A DNA stretch of 8,398 nt, taken from the IMG/VR virus record IMGVR_UViG_2740892028_000003; one strand, given 5' to 3'. Positions 7,643 to 8,398 of this stretch are shown here, one piece after another. Made by a program: the position numbers and the translations under genes. Under the pieces are notes generated by a model. It worked only from the letters and a program-made list of their open reading frames with translations. It did not search any database and had not been told where the DNA came from. The DNA comes from a virus (lineage: Duplodnaviria; Heunggongvirae; Uroviricota; Caudoviricetes). Position 1 is the stretch's first letter; every line of letters begins with the position of its first letter.

Positions 7643-8263
7643 TTAACCAAGAATCAGACAACCATGTGCCGGTTTCACTGACGAAACACCCCATGCCAGT
7701 CCAACTTCATAGCGCACCTGGCGATACTGACGATACAGTGCAATCTGGAACGTAATCCCTGAAATCGGGTCCGTAACATTCATTACATCATCAGCATTAT
7801 CGCCACCTTCCGGCATTGCCGGAGTACGGGATGCCAGCAGAAACGCGTTGCGATCAAACGCCATATTTGCAGTAAAGGAGCCAACAACTGTGATTGCAGT
7901 ATCATCGGCCAGATCCTGACGCAGTCCCGGTGCTGCAAGAGTAATCAGATTGCTGGTCGCTGCTGCCACAACATACTGATTAGGATCGCCAGCGAACGTA
8001 ACAATCTGACCTGCAGAAATACTCCCCGAACCAGTATCAATGGAAATAAGAACATCGCCTTCTTTTTTCTCGCCATTCACGAGATAACCAGTTGCAGCAA
8101 CCTTTGGCGCTCGTTTTACACCTGCCGAACTGTGAATATTGAATCCCTCCAGACGCCCCAACACGCCCTCACGCAGTAGCTGTTCAGTGCCGGATTCATT
8201 CACTTTAAACAATACAGACTGTTTTCCGCGCAAATTAGCAATGGCAGTGGAACCAAGCACCAT
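7643..8263 (-). CDS. Phage structural protein of uncertain identity, 206 aa, in the position normally occupied by the major capsid gene
   Basis: ORF-track frame 7643..8263. Gly/Ser/Thr/Val/Ala-rich, beta-type composition. It is followed by a hairpin terminator, as is common after highly expressed capsid genes. No clear SD precedes the ATG at 8263, and at 206 aa it is smaller than typical HK97-fold capsid proteins. Confidence 0.6.
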   Translation of the reverse strand: MVLGSTAIANLRGKQSVLFKVNESGTEQLLREGVLGRLEGFNIHSSAGVKRAPKVAATGYLVNGEKKEGDVLISIDTGSGSISAGQIVTFAGDPNQYVVAAATSNLITLAAPGLRQDLADDTAITVVGSFTANMAFDRNAFLLASRTPAMPEGGDNADDVMNVTDPISGITFQIALYRQYRQVRYEVGLAWGVSSVKPAHGCLILG

Positions 8264-8398
8264 CTGCAGATCTGTTGTCGGTGCGCCGTTATCCTCCAGA
8301 ACCTGACGAGCCAGAGCAGCATCAGAAAGATCATTGAACCGCCCCGGAAATCCTGGAGACTAAACTCCCTGAGAAAGAGGTAAACAGGATGACTAAAA

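Noticed and set aside
8264-8362. In-frame N-terminal extension of the 206-aa ORF as real coding sequence
   Set aside because: It contains no ATG, GTG or TTG, is bounded by two in-frame TAG codons within 12 codons of each other, and a 32-codon open stretch is plausible by chance; retained only as an open question in the findings.

Overview
This window reads as an ordinary lambda-like siphovirus (prophage or phage) virion-morphogenesis module, not a novel system. Every convincing gene is on the minus strand and tightly packed, many with ATGA/TGATG start-stop overlaps. Reading right to left: a beta-rich 206-aa structural protein in the position usually held by the capsid gene; a hairpin terminator; a 74-aa ORF; four ~130-aa head-tail connector / tail-completion proteins; a 320-aa major tail protein; tail assembly chaperone G with a -1 frameshift into a T-like frame; a 163-bp AT-rich non-coding gap ending in a second terminator; a 1077-aa lambda gpH-like tape measure protein; a gpM-like minor tail protein; and the 5' end of a gpL-like gene that runs off the left edge. 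I see no tRNA, rRNA, CRISPR array, IS element, integrase or recognisable defence or toxin gene. The points worth a second look are modest: the frameshift site, two C(UUCG)G hairpin terminators inside the late operon, a moron-like gap between the chaperone and tape measure genes, a triplicated coiled-coil repeat that lengthens the tape measure, a compositional mosaic joint at the M/L border, and two unassigned ORFs at the right end. All homology statements rest on my recollection of lambda protein sequences and on synteny; no database search was run.
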